A stretch of DNA of 36,593 nt from a virus. Lineage: Duplodnaviria > Caudoviricetes. Location of the stretch: positions 1 through 36,593 of IMG/VR virus record IMGVR_UViG_3300031949_000106; one strand, written 5' to 3'. This document shows, piece by piece, positions 17,001-25,306 of this stretch (the stretch's first letter is position 1; each line of letters starts with the position of its first letter). The notes beneath the pieces were generated by a model. The model did no database searches and was not told the DNA's origin. It saw nothing but the letters and a program-made list of their open reading frames with translations. A program made the position numbers and the translations under genes.

Positions 17001-17147
17001 CTATTTCTTCGGATACCGATACCGATCACTCACATAATGATCAGGCTTTTTTGATGCTTTTCTGAATAACAGCCAGATGAGCAAAACTAATATAAGCCAG
17101 ACGATAAAACCAGCGAAAAACTGTGAAAATAAAATGATGTGTAACAT
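17001..17147 (-). CDS. Small membrane protein, 48 aa
   Basis: MLHIILFSQFFAGFIVWLILVLLIWLLFRK; start reassigned downstream of the 17187-17230 promoter. Confidence 0.6.
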   Translation of the reverse strand: MLHIILFSQFFAGFIVWLILVLLIWLLFRKASKKPDHYVSDRYRYPKK

Positions 17148-17186
17148 GTTGGTGGGATTTAGGTTTGTATTTGTTCCTGTTAGACT

Positions 17187-17230
17187 GCAATTACGCAATT
17201 CATTCGTTATTAATCTATGATTTTTGTCAT
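17187..17230 (-). promoter_or_regulatory. Promoter: ATGAT-N4-GTCAT palindrome, 22 bp, then GTAATTGC
   Basis: Palindrome at 17217-17230 overlapping the helicase stop codon. Confidence 0.65.
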
Positions 17231-18928
17231 GTTTTGGCTTCCTCCCGCTCCTCCTCAAACTTCTCGATCTGAGACGCGCAAATTTCTCGCATCCGCCAAA
17301 CCCACCCTTGTGAATGTCGTTTTTCCTTTGCGTAATCTTCCAGACCCTCAACGCCGTATTTCAACGCAATCTGCCGGGTGATCCAGCCATTTTTATAGCC
17401 TCGGGCGTTGGCGGTCTTCTCCAAGTCCTCAAACTTAGAAAATTCTTTCAATATACTTCCATGGTCCGGGATAATATCGTAGTCGATGAGCTTTAGTTCA
17501 GCCATAATCAGTTCGCGTTCACTGTCGTAAGTGTACCCGCAAAAAGGGCATATCATTACAGACGGGGCAATATAAGCGCCGCATCCCGGGCGTCCTTTTT
17601 TATCCGGGGTGTAGCCGGTGTATTCGTCAATTTTCGCGCCTGGCCGCCGCTGTTTGCCGCATTCCTTCACCGGGGGAGCGCCGCCGCCTGTTGGCTGTTC
17701 GTGAATTAGGCTATATTGGCGTTTGTCCCGGTAGTTGCCAAGCCTACCGCCTAAGTGCCCGCCGTGTCCTCCAAAGTCCAATATATTGAAGTACTGCTTA
17801 CCTGGAAATGGTCGGCTCCCACGTCCGATTATCTGCAACCATAAATTATCTGATAATGTGTCCCGATCCATTATCACCGTCTGGATTCGTCTATAATTAA
17901 AGCCTGTAGTTAGAATTCCGGCGTTTACCAATATGCAAAACTCATCATCTTTCCACTCTTTTATGACCTCATCCCTCGGTCCTGACATTTCAGCATAAGC
18001 TGCCATGTAATTATCATACGCCGCTTTTTTCGATTCATACGCCGCTTTCTGTCCTTCGGTTGGATTATCCGGTAGTTTCGGTTTACTTACCGCTGATGTG
18101 ACAAATTTCGCCTTAATGCCGCGCTCATTGAACTCCCTACATGTTTCTATCACGTGTTGAATATTTATACAAAAACAAAGCGTAATTGTTCCGGGTGTAT
18201 GCTTTAGCCATTGATCAACAACCCCGGCGTACAGTTCAGGTCGGTTGAATTTTGCAAACATCTGATTTTCGTCATAGTCGCCTGTCTTGCGGTCGATCTT
18301 TACGTCCTCAGTCGATACCGATTCTACGCCATAATAACGATCCTGCACCAGTTTCCCCTTATTAATTAGCTCCTGAGTAGTCGGACCAATTACCAAAGTA
18401 GAATAGTCCTCGGCTAATTGCCGCTGTTTTCCGGATCTGGATGGTGTTGCCGTGAATCCTAATATGTACGCGCCATTAAAAACGTTCTGACCGTCTTGAA
18501 AAAAGTGATTAAATTCTTGTTTGTGGCATTCGTCTATTATGATAAGATCAAATGAGGCAAAGAACAAAGCCCAGTCTTTTGGGTATCGTTTCGGCTTGAT
18601 CCGGTTTTTCAAAGTCTGAGCCATTGCCACATAACAGCTATGATATTTTGGCGGTGGCGCCATTTGCCCGGCGGTGATCTTGTACGCTTTAATTCCAAAT
18701 TCTTGAAGCGTTCCCCCAGTTTCGGTCAGCAATTCTATCCGGTCAGTAAGGATTAGCACGCGGTTCTTTTTAGCTTGCATTTGCTTAGCGATGTAGCTAA
18801 ACATGACTGTCTTGCTCTCAGCCGCTCCCGGTTGGCGATTGCACGACAATATGTCTATGCCCTTTGGCCATCCGGGAGCGAGTTTCTTTTATTAATTGTT
18901 CCTGATAATCGTATAGCGTAATGCTCAT
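17227..18928 (-). CDS. SF2 DExH helicase (RadD/UvsW-like), interrupted by a 7-nt insert in Walker A
   Basis: 5' ORF 18928-18818 gives LYDYQ...QSPTGSG*; downstream frame resumes KTVMF, then DECH, TAT, TGFN, QIIGRGSR and a CxxC zinc ribbon. Confidence 0.88.
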
Positions 18929-18965
18929 AATGTGATTAATTTTCTTTATTAGCCGGTGCTAGTTT

Positions 18966-19262
18966 TTACAAATAACAAACCATTATCCCGATCTTTTCGG
19001 CTATCTCTTTTTCAATTTGCGCGCCCTTGGACGTTTGCCAGCAGGGCATCATGCCGATCATTTCGCAGTCACATAATGCCCGGACACAGTCGCGCATGTA
19101 GTCATTCCATGTTTTATCTTGATGAAATGGTGATACTTTCATCGGATTAATGACTTCAAATCCTTCTGAGATTAACGAGCTTTCGTACCGGTTGAACTTT
19201 TCCTGAGCTTCGGTAATATCTAGTCCGGTAATTTTGCCGGATATGTAGATTTTGTTTTTCAT
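18966..19262 (-). CDS. DUF4406 / nucleoside 2-deoxyribosyltransferase-like protein
   Basis: KIYISGKITGL...VINP...W.DYM...CE....M..W..SKGAQIE pattern; start reassigned to 19262. Confidence 0.85.
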   Translation of the reverse strand: MKNKIYISGKITGLDITEAQEKFNRYESSLISEGFEVINPMKVSPFHQDKTWNDYMRDCVRALCDCEMIGMMPCWQTSKGAQIEKEIAEKIGIMVCYL

Positions 19263-19314
19263 GTTTCGGTGTAATTTCAGCCCCGACAAACCGCCGGGGC
19301 TGTTTTTAAATCCA

Positions 19315-19716
19315 TCAGAACGGAATATCATCCCCTTCGCCTATCATCCCTGCCGCGTTGCTTTCTGGTTCGGGTGTTCCGCCGGTGACCTGATCCCACG
19401 CCACCATGTTTCCAAGGGTTGCCGGATATCTGGCCGGCGTTTCGGATTTCAGTGCATCCCGAATTTCCTTACCTGGATCCTGATTGACAATGTGTGTGGA
19501 TTTGTCATTCTCGAATTGGCTAGGTGTCTTGCGCGGCCATGCTGACCAGTCTAAATTGACGTGGTATTTGCCTTTGCTATCAGTTGCCAACTCAAGATGA
19601 TTTGCCGCCAAGGGAATTACAATACAATCCACTTCTTGACCGGCTTTGTTTTTCTTTTTTTCGATTACGCTTTTTAGGGCGCATAGGTCAAAACGGCCAC
19701 TCATGTTATTTGCCAT
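19315..19716 (-). CDS. Single-stranded DNA-binding protein (putative)
   Basis: Acidic C-terminal GDDIPF tip; near the annealase and exonuclease genes. Confidence 0.7.
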   Translation of the reverse strand: MANNMSGRFDLCALKSVIEKKKNKAGQEVDCIVIPLAANHLELATDSKGKYHVNLDWSAWPRKTPSQFENDKSTHIVNQDPGKEIRDALKSETPARYPATLGNMVAWDQVTGGTPEPESNAAGMIGEGDDIPF

Positions 19717-19775
19717 AATTTACTCCCGTCCGTCCGTGCGCGCGCCGCCGGGGTGCTGCTTTTATGTCTGATTAA

Positions 19776-20069
19776 TTACTTGCGTTTTTTGCGTTTGTTT
19801 TTTGATCTGCCGGTAGTTTCACGAGGCATTTTTTCAACTATCTGCTGACCCATAGGCTTTTTATACACGCCTAAAATAAAAGGAGGCATCACGTTAACTA
19901 CCTTATGCCCAACTCGCTTTAATGTAGTTGTTCCAACGTTCTTTTTAGGATTCGGAACGTTTACAGTATGTGCACCAATGAACACCGCACGACTTCCCGG
20001 CTCTCAATTCGGGCGTAAATGTCGGCGTCCTTTTTTGTCTTTTTCGTTTGTTTTTACTAATTGTGTCAT
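19776..20069 (-). pseudogene. Basic hypothetical protein with an in-frame TGA at codon 22 (pseudogene or readthrough)
   Basis: ATG 20069 in the AAACTAAAATC context is in frame with the 19776-19985 ORF; single TGA at 20006-20004. Confidence 0.55.
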
Positions 20070-20125
20070 GATTTTAGTTTTATGCCACCCGGCTTTTTTC
20101 CCGGGCGGCTGGTTCATTACTTTTA

Positions 20126-20169
20126 CAAATTTACTTATTTGATTGTTCTTGTTTCATGACTTTTATCAT
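20126..20169 (-). promoter_or_regulatory. Promoter: ATGAC-N4-ATCAT palindrome, 22 bp, then TAAATTTG
   Basis: Perfect TAnnTTTG at 20133-20126; palindrome at 20156-20169. Confidence 0.78.
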
Positions 20170-20170
20170 G

Positions 20171-20941
20171 TTATGCGACTTTATTCAAACTCACCCTCAC
20201 CGGAACCCCGTCAAAAAGATTGGCATTGATCGCCGCCTCGCAGATTGCCATCCGTTCCAGCATTTCATCGATAAACGGCTGGTCTCGCTCAACTTTAATT
20301 ACTGCCAGTTTCATTGCACCATCCCGGCGCGGATCATAGCTCACAAACAAGCAATAAGGCGCATCAAAGTTAATCATGTGAGCTTGGATTTGTGGGTAAT
20401 ACGTGTGCTTGCGGTCAATTCCGGTTAGTTGTAAGTCCAAGTTGGCTTGATGTATTAGAACATTGTACGGACATTTGATTTCGCCGGGGATGTTGCCTAT
20501 TGGTATGCGAAAATCAGCGCTCCCCCCAAAATAAGGAATCGGGCTTTGCTTGAACGTTACCTCATCAACCTCATTTCCGATCCATTTCTCAAACTCCGCG
20601 CGGGCTTCCGGTTCGTACTTATTTCCCCACCTAGTTTGCACAAATTCCCGGCTCATTTGCTGCTCGATGTATATCTGTTTTCCTTCTTCAGATAACGTCC
20701 GCTCAATTATCAATTCCTGTACATATGTCACAGCCTTTGCCCCGAACAGCTCACCACGCCCGCGCCCCATTACATCAATCATCCGGGATGCCGTAAATTT
20801 GCCTAGTCGCTGCTTAAACCATTCAGTACTCAACTGCTCAACTTGCTTTTTTTCCTGAATGTACGCCGGGTCAGAACTGCCGGATATTGCCCCGGCTAGT
20901 TCGTCCCAAGTGTTGCCATATTTCCCTTGTTCTTCGCTCAT
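20171..20941 (-). CDS. YqaJ / lambda-exonuclease family nuclease
   Basis: EWFKQRLGKFTAS, WG..YEPEAR, GSAD, EIKCP, YYPQIQ, FVSYDPR. Confidence 0.92.
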   Translation of the reverse strand: MSEEQGKYGNTWDELAGAISGSSDPAYIQEKKQVEQLSTEWFKQRLGKFTASRMIDVMGRGRGELFGAKAVTYVQELIIERTLSEEGKQIYIEQQMSREFVQTRWGNKYEPEARAEFEKWIGNEVDEVTFKQSPIPYFGGSADFRIPIGNIPGEIKCPYNVLIHQANLDLQLTGIDRKHTYYPQIQAHMINFDAPYCLFVSYDPRRDGAMKLAVIKVERDQPFIDEMLERMAICEAAINANLFDGVPVRVSLNKVA

Positions 20942-21585
20942 TATTTACCTCCTTTCAGTAGTTCCTTCATTTCGGTTAATGTCGCCTTTGCCCGCTCGTT
21001 TTTATCAAACATCTCCTTATTCATGTTATAAATCATGACCAGATTGGAGATTGACGGGTCTATTTTATTACACCATGAAGACAATGCCGCAGGACCATCT
21101 AGCGTATCTCCGGATGGGGTTTGTACTTTGCCCTGACCCAAGTTTTTAAGCTGGATTTTCGGAAGTAGGGATAAATGGCGACCAATGCCCCACTTTGCAG
21201 CGGCCCTAACAAATGCACCAGATGCGGCTGTCTTGGCCTCGAATGTTGCTTTATCAACTGCTTCAATGGATTTCTTACGGCTTCCACGCGCCCCGCCAGC
21301 GTCCGACTTTTCAATAATTCCGTCCGGTGTAATTACCTGAATAGAGCAAAAAAGCATTCCTGCAACTTCCCGATACTCGCAACCCCACCCTGCAATGCCG
21401 CATACAGCGTCCAGGATTTCCTCGCACTGGTCTGCCTCATAATATGGGTAGATTTCATTTTTTGGTCCGGCTGAGTCACCGACTCGCCACTTTGGAAAGA
21501 TCCCAATTTCAGCGTGAAAATTTGGGTCTGATAATTTGAATAATTCCACGTCCTCTTTGTCCGTGTCTTGTTTTGTTTGTGTCAT
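20941..21585 (-). CDS. Rad52/Sak-like single-strand annealing protein
   Basis: ILDAVCG..GW..EY, KSDAG, AK.AASGAFVRAAAKWGIGRHL; coupled to the exonuclease gene. Confidence 0.82.
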   Translation of the reverse strand: MTQTKQDTDKEDVELFKLSDPNFHAEIGIFPKWRVGDSAGPKNEIYPYYEADQCEEILDAVCGIAGWGCEYREVAGMLFCSIQVITPDGIIEKSDAGGARGSRKKSIEAVDKATFEAKTAASGAFVRAAAKWGIGRHLSLLPKIQLKNLGQGKVQTPSGDTLDGPAALSSWCNKIDPSISNLVMIYNMNKEMFDKNERAKATLTEMKELLKGGK

Positions 21586-22099
21586 GTGATTTGATTTTAT
21601 GCCCGGTTGGGCGGGTTAAAAATTATTGTTTGAATAAATAAAGTCAATATCTTCTGAGTGTTTTTTTATTGATTCTTCGCTAGCATCGTGCTTCGAATAA
21701 TGCTCTTTTGTATTTATCATTGCTTCAATACTACCACATGGAATTTCATCAACTAATTCTATTTTTTCATCGGAATACATAAAATCAACCTTAATTCCAG
21801 ATACTCTGTGTTCAAACTGAATTGCATCAACATCTGACTTGCTGCCGTTAATGTTGCCAACCTTCCATATCGATGGCATTATTGGATATCCTTCATGCTC
21901 TTCGCAAAGATTTTCGCAAATAATATCAATGTCGCTTGCCTCACGTCTCTTTTTAATTCCTCTTAAAGCTAACATTAAGCTGCCTGTCAAGGCTGGTCTT
22001 AAGTCACTATTTATTGTAATTATTTCTTTTGCAATTTCAAGTAATGCTTTTTCTCGGTGTGTCATGTGATTTGATTTAGCGCCCGGTTGGGCTGATTAA
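21578..22099. repeat. 42-bp direct repeats (21578-21619 and 22058-22099) flanking the nucleotidyltransferase gene
   Basis: 37/42 identical at an offset of exactly 480 bp. Confidence 0.9.
21616..22065 (-). CDS. Pol-beta superfamily nucleotidyltransferase-like protein
   Basis: ALTGSLML..G......DIDI and KVDF motifs, C-terminal K.....KH..D. Confidence 0.75.
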   Translation of the reverse strand: MTHREKALLEIAKEIITINSDLRPALTGSLMLALRGIKKRREASDIDIICENLCEEHEGYPIMPSIWKVGNINGSKSDVDAIQFEHRVSGIKVDFMYSDEKIELVDEIPCGSIEAMINTKEHYSKHDASEESIKKHSEDIDFIYSNNNF

Positions 22100-22468
22100 T
22101 TACTCTTTTTCTGTATTTGCCGTAGTTCCGTCCGATCTTACCCGGTTCAACTCATTACCGTCAATGCTGATGCACGTCCAAGGCTCGAAAACCACTACAC
22201 CAATAGGATCATTTTTCATTCGGTAGGTTCCTTTTATGTGTAGTTTTTTGGTTGCCAGTAGTGACCGGAACTCGTTTTTTTCGGCGTATGTCAACTCATG
22301 ACAGGCGAATGTTTTTCCTTGTTTTTTGCTTCGGTGCATGGTGAACTTCCCTATTTTGTCCTGGTCACGCTCATTTACTACCAAGGTTTGAACTCCTTTC
22401 TCTTCCCACGCGTCACCAGCTATGATGACAAATGGAATCATTTCTTTTATTAGGTCTGCGATTTTCAT
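22100..22468 (-). CDS. Hypothetical protein, 122 aa
   Basis: ORF in the early operon. Confidence 0.7.
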   Translation of the reverse strand: MKIADLIKEMIPFVIIAGDAWEEKGVQTLVVNERDQDKIGKFTMHRSKKQGKTFACHELTYAEKNEFRSLLATKKLHIKGTYRMKNDPIGVVVFEPWTCISIDGNELNRVRSDGTTANTEKE

Positions 22469-22488
22469 ATTGTTTGTCTCCTTTTAGT

Positions 22489-22740
22489 TTATTCAACTAC
22501 TCCATCATTCCAGTGACCAAGATAAATAATACCATATTTTCTATCTTCGTCAAACGCAAACATTAAATCAAATATTCCATTAGTTGAATACTGTCTGCAT
22601 ATAAGCTCTATGTTTTCAAACTGTGATGGTGATCTTTTTGCCTCTTTACGCTCTAAATTAGACAAAAAAGAGTATTTAAATTCAATCGGTTTCAACATTC
22701 TAACTTCCGGCTCTTCGCCTAATACAATACATTTTGTCAT
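22489..22740 (-). CDS. Hypothetical protein, 83 aa
   Basis: Start reassigned to MTKCIV at 22740, 4 nt after the upstream stop. Confidence 0.65.
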   Translation of the reverse strand: MTKCIVLGEEPEVRMLKPIEFKYSFLSNLERKEAKRSPSQFENIELICRQYSTNGIFDLMFAFDEDRKYGIIYLGHWNDGVVE

Positions 22741-22744
22741 GTCT

Positions 22745-22966
22745 TTAGTTTTTATGCCTTGCGGCTGTTTTTGTTTTATCAATTGATTCCTTAATCATAC
22801 CTAGTGTTTCGCCGTTTCTTACTCTCAGTATTACAAACGATACAAAACCATTTGGAAATTGTTTTTGAAATAAATTCATATCTCGCTGGCTTTTGATTGT
22901 GTCCTTTATTTCCTGCCATTCTTTTTTCAACTGCAATTCTGTGTATACCATTTTAGTCTTTTTCAT
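22745..22966 (-). CDS. Hypothetical protein, 73 aa; first gene of the leftward arm
   Basis: Start reassigned to MKKTK at 22966, downstream of the 22991-23034 promoter. Confidence 0.65.
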   Translation of the reverse strand: MKKTKMVYTELQLKKEWQEIKDTIKSQRDMNLFQKQFPNGFVSFVILRVRNGETLGMIKESIDKTKTAARHKN

Positions 22967-22990
22967 GTCTTTTCGTTTTTGATTGTGTTT

Positions 22991-23034
22991 CAAAGTACGG
23001 TATTTGAGTTGTCCTAAAATATGATATTTGTCAT
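22991..23034 (-). promoter_or_regulatory. Promoter: ATGAT-N4-GTCAT palindrome, 22 bp, then GTACTTTG
   Basis: Palindrome at 23021-23034; heads the leftward arm. Confidence 0.68.
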
Positions 23035-23039
23035 GTTTC

Positions 23040-23545
23040 TGGAAAAACTTCACCCAACGTCATTTTTTTATCCGCACTCTAAATTTTTTCGGGCAGTACG
23101 TCTTTATACGTAGTTTTGACTATAATATATTATTGATCAGTGCGGTTCTTTTTTATATGGTTAAATGTAGATTTTATACCTCTTTTACAACTATCTTATT
23201 ATTATGTATTTATAGATTATTATAGGATAGTGCAAATTATATAGTAGATTGGTAGAGAAATTAATAGTAATAAAAAAAAGAAAAAAATAGTAAATAAATA
23301 GGGTATATATATATGAGCCAAACTAGAGAATCGTTAAATTAGTCCTATAAGGTGGCGCAAGTGGATGATAGATACTAAGTTATAAAAATCGGTGCTATTT
23401 TTAGCCTATTTTGTAGATGAATGCTTTGTTTTTGTTTTATTTTTTGTATTTTTGTGTTGGGCTTAGTCGGGATTGGCCTCCTGATGAAAAGCGGAAGCGA
23501 TAACCGCCGCCCTTTCTCTTTATCGCCTTTCTTAATATTCGCAAA
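23040..23545. other. AT-rich non-coding divergence region (candidate origin and rightward promoter TATTTTTG at 23447-23454)
   Basis: Longest gap without a credible ORF, at the strand switch; A-tracts and TA runs. Confidence 0.45.
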
Positions 23546-23842
23546 ATGGCTTTTTATAACGAAGTAAACAGATTTCATTCAAACAAACTTTATCCTGAGT
23601 TTGAAAAGTTTGCAGATGAAAATTTAGCAGTTGGTAAATTTGATCGAGTTCAAACAATTAGCAAATTTATAGAGCGGTGTCCGTGGCTTGATAATCCAGT
23701 TAATCACAACGGGCGTCCCATAAAAGGCATGTCTATTGCATTTCGTATCCTCGTGCTAAAGTGGTGCATAAACAGGGGACTATGGCCTTTTGATACAGAT
23801 AAAAAAGTATTTACTATAATCCCTCAAAAATTAGAATCATGA
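23546..23842 (+). CDS. Hypothetical protein, 98 aa
   Basis: First rightward ORF; ATGA overlap with the next gene. Confidence 0.7.
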   Translation: MAFYNEVNRFHSNKLYPEFEKFADENLAVGKFDRVQTISKFIERCPWLDNPVNHNGRPIKGMSIAFRILVLKWCINRGLWPFDTDKKVFTIIPQKLES

Positions 23843-24258
23843 CAGAATCAAACAACAAACATTCAGAACAAAAAACATTCACTTACAACGGCAAATTCAA
23901 CCTTTGCAAATTGTGTTCATTTGGCGCATGTGATGTGCCTTGTGAAATTGTCGAAACCGGAAAGCATAAGCGCGCTGCCGGGGAGTTTGATATGGAGTCT
24001 TTGAAAAAGAAAGAACTTGAAAAGGCAGCTCGAAAGGAACAGCGGTACATTGCCAGGCTTGAGCTTGGATTAGTTGATGTTTCCGGCAAGGTTATTTTAA
24101 CCGAAGTTGAAAAGAATTTCCTTTGCGTACAACCAACCGCCGATCCGCTTGTTGATATCGTTAAGCTTGATTTTGGACGTGGCGAAGCTGAGTATTACAG
24201 ATTTTACGAAAAGCGATCAGATGGACGGTATGGCGTTTTAGAACATAAATCTGTTTAG
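23839..24258 (+). CDS. Hypothetical protein, 139 aa, with a Cys cluster
   Basis: CKLC...C...C motif; coupled to neighbours. Confidence 0.7.
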   Translation: MTESNNKHSEQKTFTYNGKFNLCKLCSFGACDVPCEIVETGKHKRAAGEFDMESLKKKELEKAARKEQRYIARLELGLVDVSGKVILTEVEKNFLCVQPTADPLVDIVKLDFGRGEAEYYRFYEKRSDGRYGVLEHKSV

Positions 24259-24260
24259 TC

Positions 24261-24815
24261 ATGTCTCAGGAATTGACAAAAGAACAAACGCGGTTATTAG
24301 TCGGTCCTGTTCATTTTCGTGCAAATACGGAAACGGGAGCCGTAAAGTCCGTTTTTGTTTTTTTTGGTAAGTCGATCAAATTATCAACAGGGGATGTGAC
24401 CGATGATTTATTTGAATTTTCAAAGTCGAAAAGAGCCAACGAAATAAGGTCTAAAATCAGGGAAATATCGAAACAGATTGTTGTTAACGGGTCGGATCCG
24501 TTGTGGATTCGCAAATATTTCAACAATTGGAAAAACGGGAAAGAATACCAGCCAATCAAAAGATCAGATGAAAAAATAACTTCTGTATGTTTCGATTTTT
24601 CACGTAAAAATGTTTATATCCGATATTATCATAACGGTAGAAGCCGCCATTTCTCAACCGGAGTTGAAGTGTGGGAATACAGCAATGCAACAGTGAAAGA
24701 TACCCTTGATGAGATCATGAGAAGATGCCGCCACCTCGCCGATCAAAAGCCGGACCACAAGGAATTTAAAGACCAGGTATTGCGTTACGTTGAAAGAATG
24801 CCTATTTTTGTGTAA
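24261..24815 (+). CDS. Hypothetical protein with an integrase arm-type DNA-binding-like segment
   Basis: VYIRYYHNGRSRHFSTGVEV; no tyrosine-recombinase catalytic motifs. Confidence 0.6.
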   Translation: MSQELTKEQTRLLVGPVHFRANTETGAVKSVFVFFGKSIKLSTGDVTDDLFEFSKSKRANEIRSKIREISKQIVVNGSDPLWIRKYFNNWKNGKEYQPIKRSDEKITSVCFDFSRKNVYIRYYHNGRSRHFSTGVEVWEYSNATVKDTLDEIMRRCRHLADQKPDHKEFKDQVLRYVERMPIFV

Positions 24816-25306
24816 TGGGAGCACCTAAAGGAAACGAATATTGGAAATTAAGGTCTAAGGACGGGAGGGATAAACAGTATCCAACTCCGGAGGAGCTTTT
24901 AGATGCGTGTAATGAGTATTTCGAATGGGTGCAAGCTAATCCATTGCTTGAAGCTCAGATAGTGAAATACAAAGACTATGCGGAGCTAATGGACGTCCCC
25001 AAAATGCGACCGTACACCATTCAGGGGCTTTGCAACTTCATTGATTTAAGCGTTGAGGCTTGGCGAAAGTATAGAATGAGAAAAGAATTTGTTGCAGTCA
25101 TAACGCGTGTAGAACAAATTATCTACAATCAAAAATTTGAAGGTGCCGCTTCTGGATTCCTAAATCCTAACATCATAGCCCGCGACCTGGGGCTTGCCGA
25201 AAAGCGCGAAACCGAGCATTCCGGACAAATGGAAATAACAACCCTTACCGAAGAGCAACGTTTAAAGCGCATCGAAGAACTTAAGGCCAAACTAAATGAT
25301 CAATGA
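24815..25306 (+). CDS. terS: Terminase small subunit (P22 gp3-like)
   Basis: GAPKGNEYW, KMRPYTIQGLC, IYNQKFEGAASGFLNPNIIARDLGL. Confidence 0.9.
   Translation: MGAPKGNEYWKLRSKDGRDKQYPTPEELLDACNEYFEWVQANPLLEAQIVKYKDYAELMDVPKMRPYTIQGLCNFIDLSVEAWRKYRMRKEFVAVITRVEQIIYNQKFEGAASGFLNPNIIARDLGLAEKRETEHSGQMEITTLTEEQRLKRIEELKAKLNDQ

Noticed and set aside
17227-18849. ORF-track start of the helicase at TTG 18849 (MSCNRQPGAAESKT)
   Set aside because: Lacks the Q motif and Walker A glycines, which lie in the upstream frame starting at 18928.
13541-21585. Apparent abundance of CCGG sites as a methyltransferase target signature
   Set aside because: Visual impression only; needs an observed/expected tetranucleotide count that I cannot run.
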